The position numbers were made by a program, and so were the translations under genes. This document shows, piece after piece, positions 15,442-33,753 of a DNA stretch of 64,000 bases. Source of the stretch: the human T2T-CHM13v2.0 reference genome, Homo sapiens; assembly GCF_009914755.1 (NCBI RefSeq), contig NC_060936.1; one strand, written 5' to 3'. The stretch's first letter is position 1, and each line of letters starts with the position of its first letter. Below the pieces are notes generated by a model that did no database searches, was not told the DNA's origin, and saw nothing but the letters and a program-made list of their open reading frames with translations.

Positions 15442-17706
15442 TATATTAGTCCCTTTTCATGCTGCTGGGAAGAAAAAGAGGTTTAATGGACTTACACATG
15501 GCTGGGGAGGCCTCACAATCATGGTGAAAGGCAAGGAGGAGCAAGTCACATCTTACATGGATGGTGGTGGGCAAAGAGAGCTTGTGCAGGAGAACTCCCA
15601 TTTTCAAAACCATCAGATCTCGTGAGACTTATTCACTATCATGAGAACAACACAGGAAAGACTCATCACCATGATTCAATTACCTCCTACCAAGTTCCTC
15701 CCACAACATGTGGGAATTGTGGAAGTTACAATTCAAGATGAGATTTGGGGGGAGGCACAGCCAAATTATATCATTCTGCCCCTGGCCCCTCCCAAATCTC
15801 ATGTCCTCACATTTCAAAGCCAATCATGCCCTCTCAACTGTCCCCCAAAGTCTCAACTCATTTCAGCACTAACTCAAAAGTCCACAGTCTAAAGTCTCAT
15901 CCGAGAAAAGCCAAGTCCCTTCAGCTTATGAGCCTATAAAATCAAAAGCAAGTTAGTTATTCCCTAGATAAAATGGGGGTACAGGCATTGGGTAAATACA
16001 GCCATTCCAAATGGGAGACATTGGTCAAAACAAAGGGGCTACAGGCCCCAGGCAAGTCCAAAATCCAGCAGGGCAGTCAAATCTTAAAGCTTCAAAATGA
16101 TCTCCTTTGACTCCATGTCTCACATCCAGGTCATGCTGATGCAAGAGCTGGGTTCCCATGGTCTTGGGGAGCTCTGCCTCTGTGGCTTTGCAGGGTACAG
16201 CCTCCCTCCCAGCTGCCTTCACGGGCTGGCATTGAGTGTCTGCAGCTTTTCCAGGTGCACAGTGTAAGCTGTTGGTGCGTCTACCATTCTGGGGTCTGGA
16301 TGATGGTGGCCCTCTTCTCACAGCTCCACTAGGTGGTGCCCCAGTAGGGACTCTGTGTGGGGGCTCCAACCACACATTTCCCTTCTGCACTGCCCTAGCA
16401 GAGGTTCTCCATGAGGGTTCCACCCCTGCAGCAAACTTCTGCCTGGGCATCCAGGTGTTTCCATACATCTTTTGAAATTTAGGTGGAACTTCCCAAACCC
16501 TAATTCTTGACTTCTGTGCACTCACAGGGTCAACATCACATGGAAGCTGCTAAGGCTTGGGGGCTGCACCCTCTGAAGACACGGCCCGAGCTCTATGTTG
16601 GCCCCTTTCAGCCTTGGCTGGAGCCAAGGATGCAGGGCACCAAGTCCCTAGGCAGCACACTGCACGGGGACCCTAAGCCCAGCCCAAGAAACCACTTTTT
16701 CCTCCTAGGCGTCCAGGCCTGTGATGGGAGGGGCTGCTGTGAAGACCTCTGATATGCCCTGGAACATTTTCCCCATTGTCTTGGGGATTAACATTCGGCT
16801 CCTTGTTACTTATGCGAATTTCTGCAGCTCACTTGAATTTCTTCTCAGAAAATGGGATTTTCTTTTCTATTGCATTGCCAGGCTGCAAATCTTCTGAACC
16901 TTTATGCTCTGTCTCCTTTTAAAACTGAATGCCTTTAACAGCACCCAAGTCACCTCTTGAATGCTTTGCTGCTTAAAAATTTCTTCTGCCAGATACCCTA
17001 AATCATCTCTCTCGAGTTCGAAGTTCCACAACTGTCTAGGGCAGGGTAAAATGCCTCCAGGTCTCTTTGCTAAAACATAGCAAGAGTCCCCTTTACTCCA
17101 GTTCCCAAAAAGTTCCTCATCTCTCTCTGAGACCACCTCAGCCTGGATTTCATTGTCAATATTGCTATCAGCATTTTGGGCAAAGCCATTCAACAAGTCT
17201 CTAGGAAGTTCCAAACTTTCCCACATTTTCCTGTCTTCTGAGCCCTCCAAATTGTTCCATCCCCTGCCTGTTACTCAGTCCCAAAGTTGTTTCCACATTT
17301 TCAGGTATCTTTTCAGCAGTGCCCCACTCTACTGGTACCAATTTACTGTATTAGTCTGTTTTCATGCTGCTGATAAAGACATATCTGAGAGAAGGAAGAA
17401 AAAGAGGTTAAATGGCCTTACAGTTCCACATGGCTGGAGAGGTCTCACGAACATGGCGGAAGGCAAGGAGGAGCAAGTCACATCTCACATGGATGACAGC
17501 AGGCAAAGAGAGCTTGTGCAGGAAAACTCCCATTTTCAAAACCATCAGATTTCATGAGACTTATTCACTATCACAAGAACAGCACAGGAAAGACCTTTCC
17601 CCTATGATTCAATTGCCTCCCACCAGGATCCTCCCACGATATGTGGGAACTGTGGGAGTTACAATTCAAGATGAGATTTGAGTGGGGACACAGCCAAACC
17701 ATATCA
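15442..17706 (-). mobile_element. Complete THE1 (THE1B/A-like) MaLR element: LTR 15442-15773, internal 15774-17346, LTR 17347-17706
   Basis: Two ~350-bp direct LTRs (tattagtc...atatca) around a ~1.57-kb internal region with decayed ORF remnants (16025-16525, 16867-17250). Confidence 0.93.
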
Positions 17707-17951
17707 CTGCTATTTCAAGTCCTTACCAATGGGTTACTGAAATGTGAATATATGTTTTATAATCTCTAAATATTATTTCTGACATCTCTACTTACAAGCT
17801 AATAATATTTTGTAATTGAACAAAAGGGGAAATTGTAACCTGTAGGTAAATTCCCAAAGCTTGGAGATCTGTTTTAACTGTAGCAATAATCTTTTGTTGT
17901 TCTGGCAGATGATATCATAAACACATATTTTCTTTGAATGAGCCTTCTTGT

Positions 17952-18323
17952 TTGGTACAAGGCATTATTTGGGAATATATATATGTGTGTGTATATATAC
18001 ACATATACATATATACATATATACACACAAGGCGTTATTTGGGAATATATATGTGTGTATATATACACATATACATATATACATATACACACACATATAT
18101 ATACACATATACACACATGTATGTATATATACATATACACATGTATGTATATGTATATATGTATGTATATACATATGTATATATGTGTATATGTATATAC
18201 ATATGTATATATGTGTATATGTATATACATATGTATATGTATATATATACATACATATATATATATTCCCAAATAATGCCTTGTACCAAGGCAAATATAT
18301 ATATGTGTATATATATATTTCCT
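17952..18323. repeat. (TA/CA/TG)n low-complexity tract bounded by 33-bp perfect inverted repeats
   Basis: 17952-17984 is the exact reverse complement of 18257-18289; second direct copy of the arm starts at 18027. Confidence 0.9.
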
Positions 18324-18515
18324 AATCCATTGTACACTGTTTGGTAGAACTGTTATATTTATTATACATGATTATACTGATGTTCCTTATTTAAGAATCC
18401 CACTTCTGAAATTTTAATTTATCCAGGATTTATAAAGTAAGGAATGAATTCAGTGTTTGTTCTCTGAAGACTTAGAGTTTTGTATGTGCAGAAGAATAAG
18501 GCCTGAGCATTAGAG

Positions 18516-19033
18516 CAGGGCCAACAAACTATAGTCTGTGGGCCAAATCCAGCCTGTCACCTCTTTTTGTAAATAATGTTTTATTAAAACACAGCTGGCT
18601 CATGCCTGTAATCTCAGGACTTTGGGAGACCAAGGTGGGCGGATCACCTGAGGTTGGGAGTTCAAGACCAGCCTGGCCAACATGACAAAACCCCATGTTT
18701 ACTAAAAAAATACAAAAATTAGCCGGGCATGGTGGCAGGTGCCTGTAGTCCCAGCTACTTGGGAGGCTGAGGCAGGGAGAATCGCTTGAACCCGGGAGGC
18801 AGAGGTTGCAGTGAGCCAAGATCGTGCCACCGTACTCCAGCCTGGGTGACAGAGCGAGGCTCTGTCTCAAAAAAACAAACAAACCAACGAAAAACAGCGG
18901 TGTCTATTTATTTTTGTATTTTCTATAGCTACTTTTCAGGTACAATGGCAGAGTTGGGTAGTTATGACAGAAACCTTATGGCTCATAAAGCCTAAAATAT
19001 TTACTACCTAGCCCTTTATATTGCTAATATCTG
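18516..19033 (+). mobile_element. MER58A (hAT-Charlie MITE) interrupted by an Alu
   Basis: CAGGG...ggccaaatccagcc...aaagcctaaaatatttacta...CTG; degenerate 8-bp TSD cattagag / ctctagag. Confidence 0.85.
18596..18889 (+). mobile_element. Alu (AluSp/Sq-like), slightly 5'-truncated
   Basis: tggctcatgcctgtaatc...ctgtctcaaaaaa; TSD-like aaaacacagc / aaaaacagc. Confidence 0.9.
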
Positions 19034-19168
19034 CTCTAGAGGTCATTTTGAAGTCCTAAATTTAAAAATCAGGGTAAGTTAGAAAACTACATTTTACCTA
19101 TATGTAGTGGTATTTTTTGGGTGAGTATGATAAGAAAGAGATCTTATTGAATGTATATATTTATGTTT

Positions 19169-19248
19169 TTAGGTTGGCGCTAAAGTATTTGTGATTTTTA
19201 CCATTGAAAGTAATGGCAAAAACTGCAATTACTTTTGCACCAACCTCA
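19169..19248. mobile_element. MADE1 (Hsmar1-derived MITE), 80 bp
   Basis: ttaggttggcgctaaagta...ccattgaaagtaatgg...ttacttttgcaccaacc, palindromic, followed by TA. Confidence 0.9.
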
Positions 19249-20339
19249 TAATTGACTAGGAATGGGAATATAGAAGAAAGCTCAGTATGTTTATTTGGCA
19301 GATGGGGAGTGGGTGGGAAAAAATTAATTCCTTTGGTTTTAGGAATTTGGAAGTTTCACAACTTCTTTATTAGGTGGGTAGAATTCATTTTTACTTATTT
19401 AGAATTGAGGAACTGAGAGGTGTGGTGACTTGCAACTGTCATCATCACAAACCAAGCACGAGACATCATTATGCCCAGAACAGGCATCTTCTGACTCCAA
19501 GTCTAGGCAAAGGCTCTTGCGTTTGTGCAACATGGCCATTCCCTGAGCTGTGTGGTGTGCTCAATATAAGACATACACAACCTAAGATTTTACAAAATTA
19601 GTAGAAAACGGTTAGTAGTTCTACTACTGGTTTATTGCTTTCTTAAGAATATCTTAGTCTGGTATGGAGAGATTCTCCTCCTTACAATGTAGCCACAGAC
19701 AGATTTAAGGAGATTTCTGAAACAGAGTTTAAAGATAGAGACTGAACAATTTCTGGATTATCAAATTCCTAAAGGGAGGCATAAATGTGGCCAGGGTTAC
19801 CAGGGAAAGCCTTATTAGATCTTAAAATGCCAGTGTAGAAATAATGCATCCTTAAGTTTTAGAAACTAGTCAAAAGAAATGTAAGCTCTTATATGGAGGA
19901 AACTGAGTCTATAGGCAAGTTGTAATAACAATGCAGACAAAATGACAATGTTTTCAATTCCATAGCAATGAAATGTTGAGAATATCTCACCAAACTACTA
20001 TGAAGACAGTCACAAATTAAAATCTATAATAATTCCACAAGAGGGTTCCTTACTTTATTTTCTTCTTAAAGAGTCTTTTTCAAGGTTCTTCAGTGATTAA
20101 TAGAGAAAAACTTAAAAGTTCTCCTTCTAGAATTATTAGAACAATAATAAAAACTTTCTTTTCAAGTTACTCATTTGAGCCCTGAAATGAAGACATTTCT
20201 GCAGGAGGACAAACATTGAATGATTAAATTCCATAGGAGTAGGGCCCCCTTAAGTCAAAGGCATCAAAGAACAATCTAGTTCTGGGCATGAAGAGATACC
20301 ATGGAAAGTGGACCAGCAAGTAGAAAAGCTTAATAGTAA

Positions 20340-21325
20340 AGACTGACATTTATATCTCTAGCCTGAATCTCTTCCCCCAGTTCTAGACCTGCATATCTAG
20401 GTCCTTTTACCCAGCAGCATCATTTGGATTAAAGAAGCAACTCAGATTTAACATGTCCCAAATGGAACTTCTGGTCATCGATTCCAAGCTTGCTTCTCTT
20501 TTAGTCTTCAGTTCATCTTTCCAGCTATTCAGGTTCAAAACCTTGAAGACTGAGGCTCCTTTCTTTTATACCCTACATCTAATGTAGCTGCCAATCTTAT
20601 TGTTTCTATCCGCAAATATATCCACAACTCCACATTCTCACAATTGCTACTGCTACTTTCCTGGCCTGGGTCACCATCATCTGTAATAGTTTCCTAACTG
20701 ATCTTCCTGCTTTTATCTCCACCTACCCACCATACCCCACTGTGGCCTCTCCATTCAGTCTATTCTCAATACAGCAGCCAGAATAATCCTTTTACAATGT
20801 AAGTCAGAGTATGCCACTTCTCTGGTCAAGACTCTGTAATGGCTCCCCTAATTCACTCTAAATAAAAACCCTTACTATGATTTTCAAGGCCCTGCATGTC
20901 CTCTGTGTCCTTGCTATTCTCTCCTCGTTCTCTCTGTTCCAGCCACACTGGCCTGCTTGCATTTCCTCCAACATGCCAGGTATGCTCCTGCCTAGTGCCT
21001 TTGAACTTGTTCTTACTTCAGCTGTTGTTCCAGATAGTTGTCTGGTTTACTCCCTCATCTCCTACAGGCCTTTCCTCAAATGTCACCTTTTTAGAAAGCT
21101 TTCCTTGGATACCTTAATGAAAATTCAACCTGTTCTAACTTTCCAACTCTCCGTCTCTCTCCCTTGCTTTATTCTACATTTCTCCATAGTATTTATAACC
21201 CCTTTAATATACTCTACCTTTTCTTCACTTTCCTGGCCTGTTCGTTCACTGTTGTATCCTCAGCACCCAGAACAGTGCCTGGTTCAGAGTAGACAATAAA
21301 TATTTGCTGAACAAATGAATAAATG
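20340..21325 (+). mobile_element. L2 3' fragment
   Basis: Typical L2 3' end: cagcacccagaacagtgcctgg...aataaatatttgctgaacaaatgaataaatga. Confidence 0.75.
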
Positions 21326-22112
21326 ACCATTATTGTTACTTTATGTGGTTGGAAATTCCTGAGGTTGGGCTTTGTCATCCTTCTTCCCCCGAGCCCCCTG
21401 ATTCAGAGAGTTCATTTTAATTCCAGGTGCTCCATTTCTGACATTGTGAAGGTCCTTGTCCTCATTTTCTAAAGAGTTTAGGAGACATACCCTGTTGCTC
21501 TGAGAAAAGCAAGTCTTTGTTTGGAAAGTGTTGGCCAAGTACCCAAGTGAGGAAAACAACCCACAGGGAACTGTTTCTTCTTTCTGCCCCTGCCTCATGG
21601 TAGGACTTCCCCTGATTTGAGTGGACTCTGCTGAGGGTATCGTTGGGATGAGACAGCCCTGAGAAGCTTGTTTTATAGCTGGAATGGGAGACACATGCCT
21701 CTGGAATGAAGATACCATGACCCAGAAAGTAGGCATTTTATGCGAAGGGAATGGATACACGTGTGTATCCTGAGATTCATGAGTTTCCATCTCTCTTAAT
21801 CAGCATATATCCACTAATACTAGAAATCAGACATTGATAGTTTCATTATCTTATAGATGTTCCTGTGAATTAGGAGGCTGACCCCATCATTTTATCTGTA
21901 CCTACCCTCCGTAGAATTGGCAATATTTTGAAAATCCTAAGTTATTTTGGGGGGGACTATTTTATAGTTTGACTTTAGATTTACAGCAACTTCTCTTATT
22001 CTGAATATAAAAGATCCCACACAGCTTGCTAGAAATTTTGGCATATGCTATTCCTTACTAGGTGACACAAAAGAGGCAACAGATGATATGAAGGCCAATA
22101 ACAAATAGACTG

Positions 22113-22545
22113 TGTAAAAGAGAACTAAATGTAGCCTGAGAAGGATTCTGTACTTCTATATTTGAGGCCTTGAGGACGAACTGCAACCTAACTTAATAGG
22201 TAGACAAGATTGAAAACCTAACTTAGGAGTTTGCGCCTGTAACAATACCTGAGTCTTGGCCAATCACATCAGCCATACTTCAACCAGTCATATATACTGC
22301 TGAGTGTTCAAACTGTTCAAATAAGGCAAATGCTGACCTGTAACCAATCCAGCCATTCCTGTACCTCACTTCCGATTCCTGTACATCACTTTACTTTTTT
22401 CTGTCTATAACTTTGTTCTGACCGTGAGGTGCCCCTAGAGTCTCTTTGAATCTGCTGTGATTCTGGGGGCTGCCTGATTCATGAATCGTTCATTGCTCAA
22501 TTAAACACCTTTAAATTTAATTAGGCTGAAGTTTTTCTTTTAACA
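22113..22545 (+). mobile_element. MER57-family ERV1 solo LTR
   Basis: TG...CA termini, 4-bp TSD ACTG (22109-22112, 22546-22549), CCAAT boxes (ggccaatc, taaccaatcc). Confidence 0.85.
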
Positions 22546-25022
22546 ACTGTCACTAAATGGACTGTCCACAATTATTATATTGGTACCCTACCAAAGGAGT
22601 ATCATTTAGGAAACCAGTATGGTGTTTGGAAACAGAAAAGCCAAATTGGGCATGCTGTAGAATTCTGATGGAATAAAATGAACGTTTTGACAATTGAGGG
22701 TTTTGGGTATCTGATTAAGTGCAGTTGATGTTATCTGTATTGCTGTTATTATAGCAAAACGCCATGGGATAAATATTCTAATAGCATCCCTCTTCCAAAT
22801 TGATTCCCACATCTCCCCTGGCTTTGGCTTTGGAGAACCTGGGTCTCGTCATGACTGGCCTTTCTTGGTAGCTGGCTTTAGTCCTGGACACCTTCAGTCA
22901 TCTTGGATAAGACTAAGAGATCTCACAGGTGTGGTTTGGTGGAGAGTGAGATCCAATGGTCTGAGACTGTCACGTAAGTGAACTTCCTGGGGGCTGTAGT
23001 TCCTTATACTTTATAGGGTTCTGCCTCTAGCTCAGTCTCTAACTAGTTGTGGTATCCTGGACAAACCACTTCCCCTGATTAGCCCTCATTTTTTCCATTT
23101 TTCAAATGATTGGGCTGGATTGATTTTCTCTATTGTCCTCTGCAGTTGTAAAGTGCCAGGCAATCAGTAACCTGCCTAACAATAATGACCACTCACCTTT
23201 CTAATTTATCATAATAATATTAATACAATAGCCTTGATCTGTATAATGCTTTATTCGTTTTTAACATCCACAGAAACTGTGCAGATAGCTTGAGCTAGGA
23301 ATCATTCAGCACCTCTACAAATAAATCTCCCTTTTCAGGGAGTGGTGTTTAGGAAAGCTTTACAAATGAAATCATCCCAGAGCAAGTGTTTGTAAGACAT
23401 TTATAAAGAGAAAGAAAGAAAGAAAGAAAGGCAAGGGGAAAAGGCAAACTGTTTTTCTTCAACAAATAATGAGAATCAGTTTGTTTACATGCTTCTTTAC
23501 ATCCCTAACGCTTTAAGAAAGCTTTGTTGCTTAAACTGTAATTTCACAGTCAATTAATCTACCACATATTGTATGCTGGTATCTGTAGGTTGCTGTTCTA
23601 GGCACCCAAATCTCACAAACTGCAAATTTTTTCTTCCTTTTTAGGTTAATTTAAATGTGACTGCTGATTTGCACTGGATTTGTGGGGGAAAACACTTTAA
23701 AAACTGAATAAAAAACCAGAAGAGCCTTTTGTCAGATACAGCTCCATGTTAGATATGGCTCATGTTTGGCTCTGGTGTATCAGAATATGAGATTTGGACC
23801 TTAGAAAGCAGTTCCTGCTCTCCTTTGCAGATGTGTTTTTTTGTCAAAGTGCAGCATTATGCCAAACAAAGTGTTCAGAGGAAACAGCATGAAAGAGTCA
23901 CATGATTCCCTTCATGATTTTCATGAAAATCCACTGGGAAATAAACAAATGGAACATCTATGAGTTGACTGGCTTCTGAAGGAGACAAGAGGGAAGAGTA
24001 CTAGACTGTGTTAGGGTTCTCATGTTCGAGTCCCAGCTCTGCTACTTGTTGGAGTGACCTTGGGTGAATCACTGCACCTTGCTGGCTATCAGCTCCTTCT
24101 GAAAATTGATTGAGTTGATTGACTGCTATGCCCTCCATGCTTTTAATGTGCATGACTGTATGATTTGAGTCTTTCCAAGAATCTTAATTGTTATTAGAGA
24201 CTTATTAGAGAGAAGCCATAGAAATAAACACATTTTCATTTCCAAGTATTTTGGAATAAACGTGCAACACATGAACAAAAATTGGTAAGTAACTGTGGTC
24301 ACTGACAAAATTTTCTGTTGGGGCTGAGGACAGGGTTGTGTTGGCGGTGCTTGTGGCTTCTCCAATCACTTTGGTTGGAAAGAACATTTTAGGGGTCATC
24401 ATCCAGTGTTTTAGTTTATGTCTGAATGAGACTGTAAACTTCACAGTACAGGAATTCTGTCTTTTGTGCTTTATGTTCCATAAAGTACCATATAGATTTA
24501 CACAGCTCTATAAATTATAAGAATAAAAATAAGTGCTGATGCAACACATTCATCCATTTAATATTTAGCAGATTTTAGTGATGCCTTCAATATTTTATCC
24601 CCAGATAGTTTATGGTGTTTGGAGTTTTTATGACGGTCTCTCAGAGACAGACTTTAAGTTTAAATTTTGCCTTTTGGAGAGGCATCAATTCTGAATGCTC
24701 CTTCTGGGGCCCATTCTTTAGCCATCGAAAGACTCATGGCTGACTTACCTCGGGAGCCTCTTTAAGGCTATCTGCTGTTGCATCAGTGGTTCCCTTTGGG
24801 TGACATACAGCACTTTTCATTGCTATGTATACTTTTCCAATTTTACACAATTTATGGACAGCTCTTTTTAGATGAATCTTTCTAAAACATTGACTTCATC
24901 ATACCATTTTCTTGTTAAAAACTCACAATGTTTCTAAACTTAAGTTTTAACCTCCCGGCTTGAAATTCAAGGTTCTCTATCAGCAGAGAAACATATTCTA
25001 GTATCTTTCACTTGCCAAGCAT

Positions 25023-25063
<41 letters not shown>

Positions 25064-25073
25064 AAAGCAAGCA
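25023..25073. repeat. (GCAA)n tetranucleotide microsatellite
   Basis: About 12 near-perfect GCAA units, ~190 bp from the proviral 3' LTR. Confidence 0.95.
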
Positions 25074-25434
25074 GACTAATTACCAGAAACTTCTCTTGAA
25101 GTCACCTATCCTCTATCACTGCTTTATCTGTTTTCTTTATAGCAAGGTTTATTGGAAAGGTTTTCTATACTCAGTCTCCACTTTGTTACCTTCTAGTCAC
25201 TTTTCAGCCCACTCCAGTCTGACCCCTGTCACTCTAGTAAAACTACCTTTTTCATGGTTACCAATGTAGGGGTGGGTTGCCCCTACACACCTGTGGGTGT
25301 TTCTCGTAAGGTGGGACGAGAGATTTGGAAAAGAAAAAGACACAGAGACAAAGTATAGAGAAAGAAATAAGGGGACCCGGGGAACCAGCGTTCAGCATAT
25401 GGAGGATCCCGCCAGCCTCTGAGTTCCCTTAGTA

Positions 25435-25440
25435 TTTATT
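25435..25440 (-). terminator. AATAAA polyadenylation signal in the 3' LTR
   Basis: tttatt on +, LTR position 793-798, followed downstream by a T/C-rich tract. Confidence 0.75.
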
Positions 25441-26186
25441 GATCATCTGTGGGTGTTTCTCGAAGAGGGGGATGTGTCAGGGTCACAAGACAATTGTGGG
25501 GAGAGGGTCAGCAGACAAACATGTGAACAAAGGTCTTTGCATCATAGACAATGTAAAGGATTAAGTGCTGTGCTTTTAGATATGCATACACATAAACATC
25601 TCAATGCTTTACAAAGCAGTATTGCTGCCCGCAGGTCCCACCTCCAGCCCTAAGGCGGTTTTTCCCTATCTCAGTAGATGGAGCATACAATCGGGTTTTA
25701 TACCGAGACATTCCATTGCCCAGGGACAGGCAGGAGACAGATGCCTTCCTCTTGTCTCAACTGCAAGAGGCATTCCTTCCTCTTTTACTAATCCTCCTCA
25801 GCACAGACCCTTTACGGGTGTCGGGCTGGGGGACGGTCAGGTCTTTCCCTTCCCACGAGGCCATATTTCAGACTATCACATGGGGAGAAACCTTGGACAA
25901 TACCTGGCTTTCCTAGGCAGAGGTCCCTGCGGCCTTCCGCAGTTTTTGTGTCCCTGGGTACTTGAGATTAGGGAGTGGTGATGACTCTTAAGGAGCATGC
26001 TGCCTTCAAGCATCTGTTTAACAAAGCACATCTTGCACCGCCCTTAATCCATTTAACTCTGAGTTGACACAGCACATGTTTCAGAGAGCACGGGGTTGGG
26101 GGTAAGGTTATAGATTAACAGAATCTCAAGGCAGAAGAATTTTTCTTAGTACATAACAAAATGGAGTCTCCTATGTCTACTTCTTT

Positions 26187-31790
<5,604 letters not shown>

Positions 31791-33639
31791 GACAATGGTT
31801 GCCCATTTTTATCAAATTTAGAACGACATTGACTAGCCCAATGTTTTCCTTTTTTACATCTTGGACATAAGTCAGGTGGCTCTCTACCTGTTGTAGTTGC
31901 TTGAATAGTTATATTCTGTTTGTTTAAGACTGGGCAATTCTTTTTTAAGTGACCAATTTGACCACAATTGTAACATTTTCCTCCAAATGTTCTAACTTGT
32001 CCTCCTAAAACAACTCCTGTTATTGCTTGAGCCATAAGCATAGCTTTATGCATAGCTCCTCCGATTCCATCACAGGCTTTTACATATTCTGAGATTACAT
32101 CTGATCCTGCAGGAACCTTTCCTTTTAATGGCTTAATGGCTGATTGACACTCAGGATTGGCGTTTTCATATGCCATCAACTCCACTATGACCTTACGGGC
32201 TTTTTCATCGGCAATTGACTTTTGAGCAACATCTTGGAGCCTTGCCACAAAATCAGGATAGGGCTCTTTTGAACTTTGTCTTACTGTATTAAATGAGGGG
32301 CAGGTACTTCCTGGGTCTTGGATTTTTTCCCAGGCTCTAAGGCAGATAGCTCTAACTTGCTCAATGGCCTCATTTTGCATTAATGCTTGTTGACTAATAG
32401 TACTCCAATTTTGACCTATTCCTAATAGTTGATCTGCATCTATGTTAACTGGAGGATTGGCAGCCCTATTTCTTTGGACCTGTTCTTGTACCCCATCAAT
32501 CCACCAAGTCTTAAATTGTAAAAATTGAGAGGGTAAGAGAGACGATTTTGCCAGAATCTCCCAATCATAAGGAATGAGTCTATGTCCATGAGCAATGGAA
32601 TCTAATAATGTCCTCATATAAGGGGAGTTGGGTCCATACTGTTTTACTCCTTCTTTCATATCTTTTAGCATTTTTATTGAAAAAGACTTGTATCTGGCCT
32701 CAACTGTGGGAGGCTCTCCCTCTTGGGCTCCTTCTCCAGGTGGCATCGGTTCTAACATTACTGGGAATTGCCATGCCTCAGTATCTCCTTCCTTTCTTGA
32801 TTTATCAATAATTTCATGTAATTCACTACCCTGTCTACTAGGTGGTGCCGTAGGATTAAGTCTCCTAGTGGGCGGCTGAGGGTATGGCGCCCTGCCCTGT
32901 GGTGCTGGGGGCATTCCTGGATATCCATACTGACTTTCTGGGGGTGGCCGATACTGAAGTTCAGCCGGCGGCCAGTATTGATAAGCTACTGGTGGTTGGG
33001 TCTTATTTTCTTTAACCTGCGTTTGAGGTTGTAATGTTACGGGCACCTGACCTGCTGGAAGAGGACTTGTGCCTCGTGGTTTAGACTCTGATGGCCCCAC
33101 TAATTCTGGACCTTTTCCTTCTAATTTTAACGTTTCAGGATATATCACCTCCTGTAATTGATTATAGTCAACATTTTGCGTTGACTGAGCCATTACCGGC
33201 TCTGCTGCATATTCGCAATGTAAACCTTCCGTTTCTTTCTGGGATTTTTTCCTTGTGTTTTCATTACAATCTATTATACAGCTTCCAGGGGCATCAGAAA
33301 CTGAAATGCTATCTTCTTCTGTTTGAAATGGTTCTAAAGCTGCTTTAATAATGGCCCAATCATTCCATACTGTAAGTGGAATGATATTACCCTTCCTACC
33401 TGCTTGTTTTAGTTCCTTACCAATTCTTTTCCAATCTTTTAGATCTAAAGTTCCTTGTTCTGGAAACCATGGGCAAAATTGTTCTATTATTTGAAATAGC
33501 TTGATTAGATTTTTTGTAGATACTTTAACTCCCCCTCTTTTTAAAAGAATTTTAATAAAGCTGAGATAAGAGGCATATTTACTTTTAATTTTACTTTTAG
33601 TTTGCCCCATTATCACCCTAGCTTCTTCCGAGAGCACAA

Positions 33640-33648
33640 GCTTACCGT
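33640..33648 (-). other. Major splice donor (ACG|GTAAGC)
   Basis: Exon ends at 33646 (proviral nt 1076); GT at 33645-33644. Confidence 0.85.
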
Positions 33649-33733
33649 AAGGCTGACTGTAGACGTCCTCGGGATCTCTCGTCGACTTGTCCTCAATGAC
33701 CACGCTCGAGCGTACCTTCACCCTAGAGAAAAG

Positions 33734-33751
33734 CCTCCACGTTGGGCACCA
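33734..33751 (-). other. Primer binding site, tRNA-Lys
   Basis: TGGTGCCCAACGTGGAGG two nt downstream of the 5' LTR. Confidence 0.92.
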
Positions 33752-33753
33752 GA

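Noticed and set aside
16025-17250. 166-aa and 127-aa ORFs
   Set aside because: Broken remnants of the THE1 internal ORF
17874-18347. Six overlapping 100-137 aa ORFs rich in Y/I/H/T/M/C/V
   Set aside because: Translation of a TA/CA/TG microsatellite that lacks stop codons; not genes
25453-25981. Plus-strand ORFs of 66, 125 and 66 aa repeated identically at 33942-34470
   Set aside because: Antisense frames of the two LTRs; the identity only reflects LTR duplication
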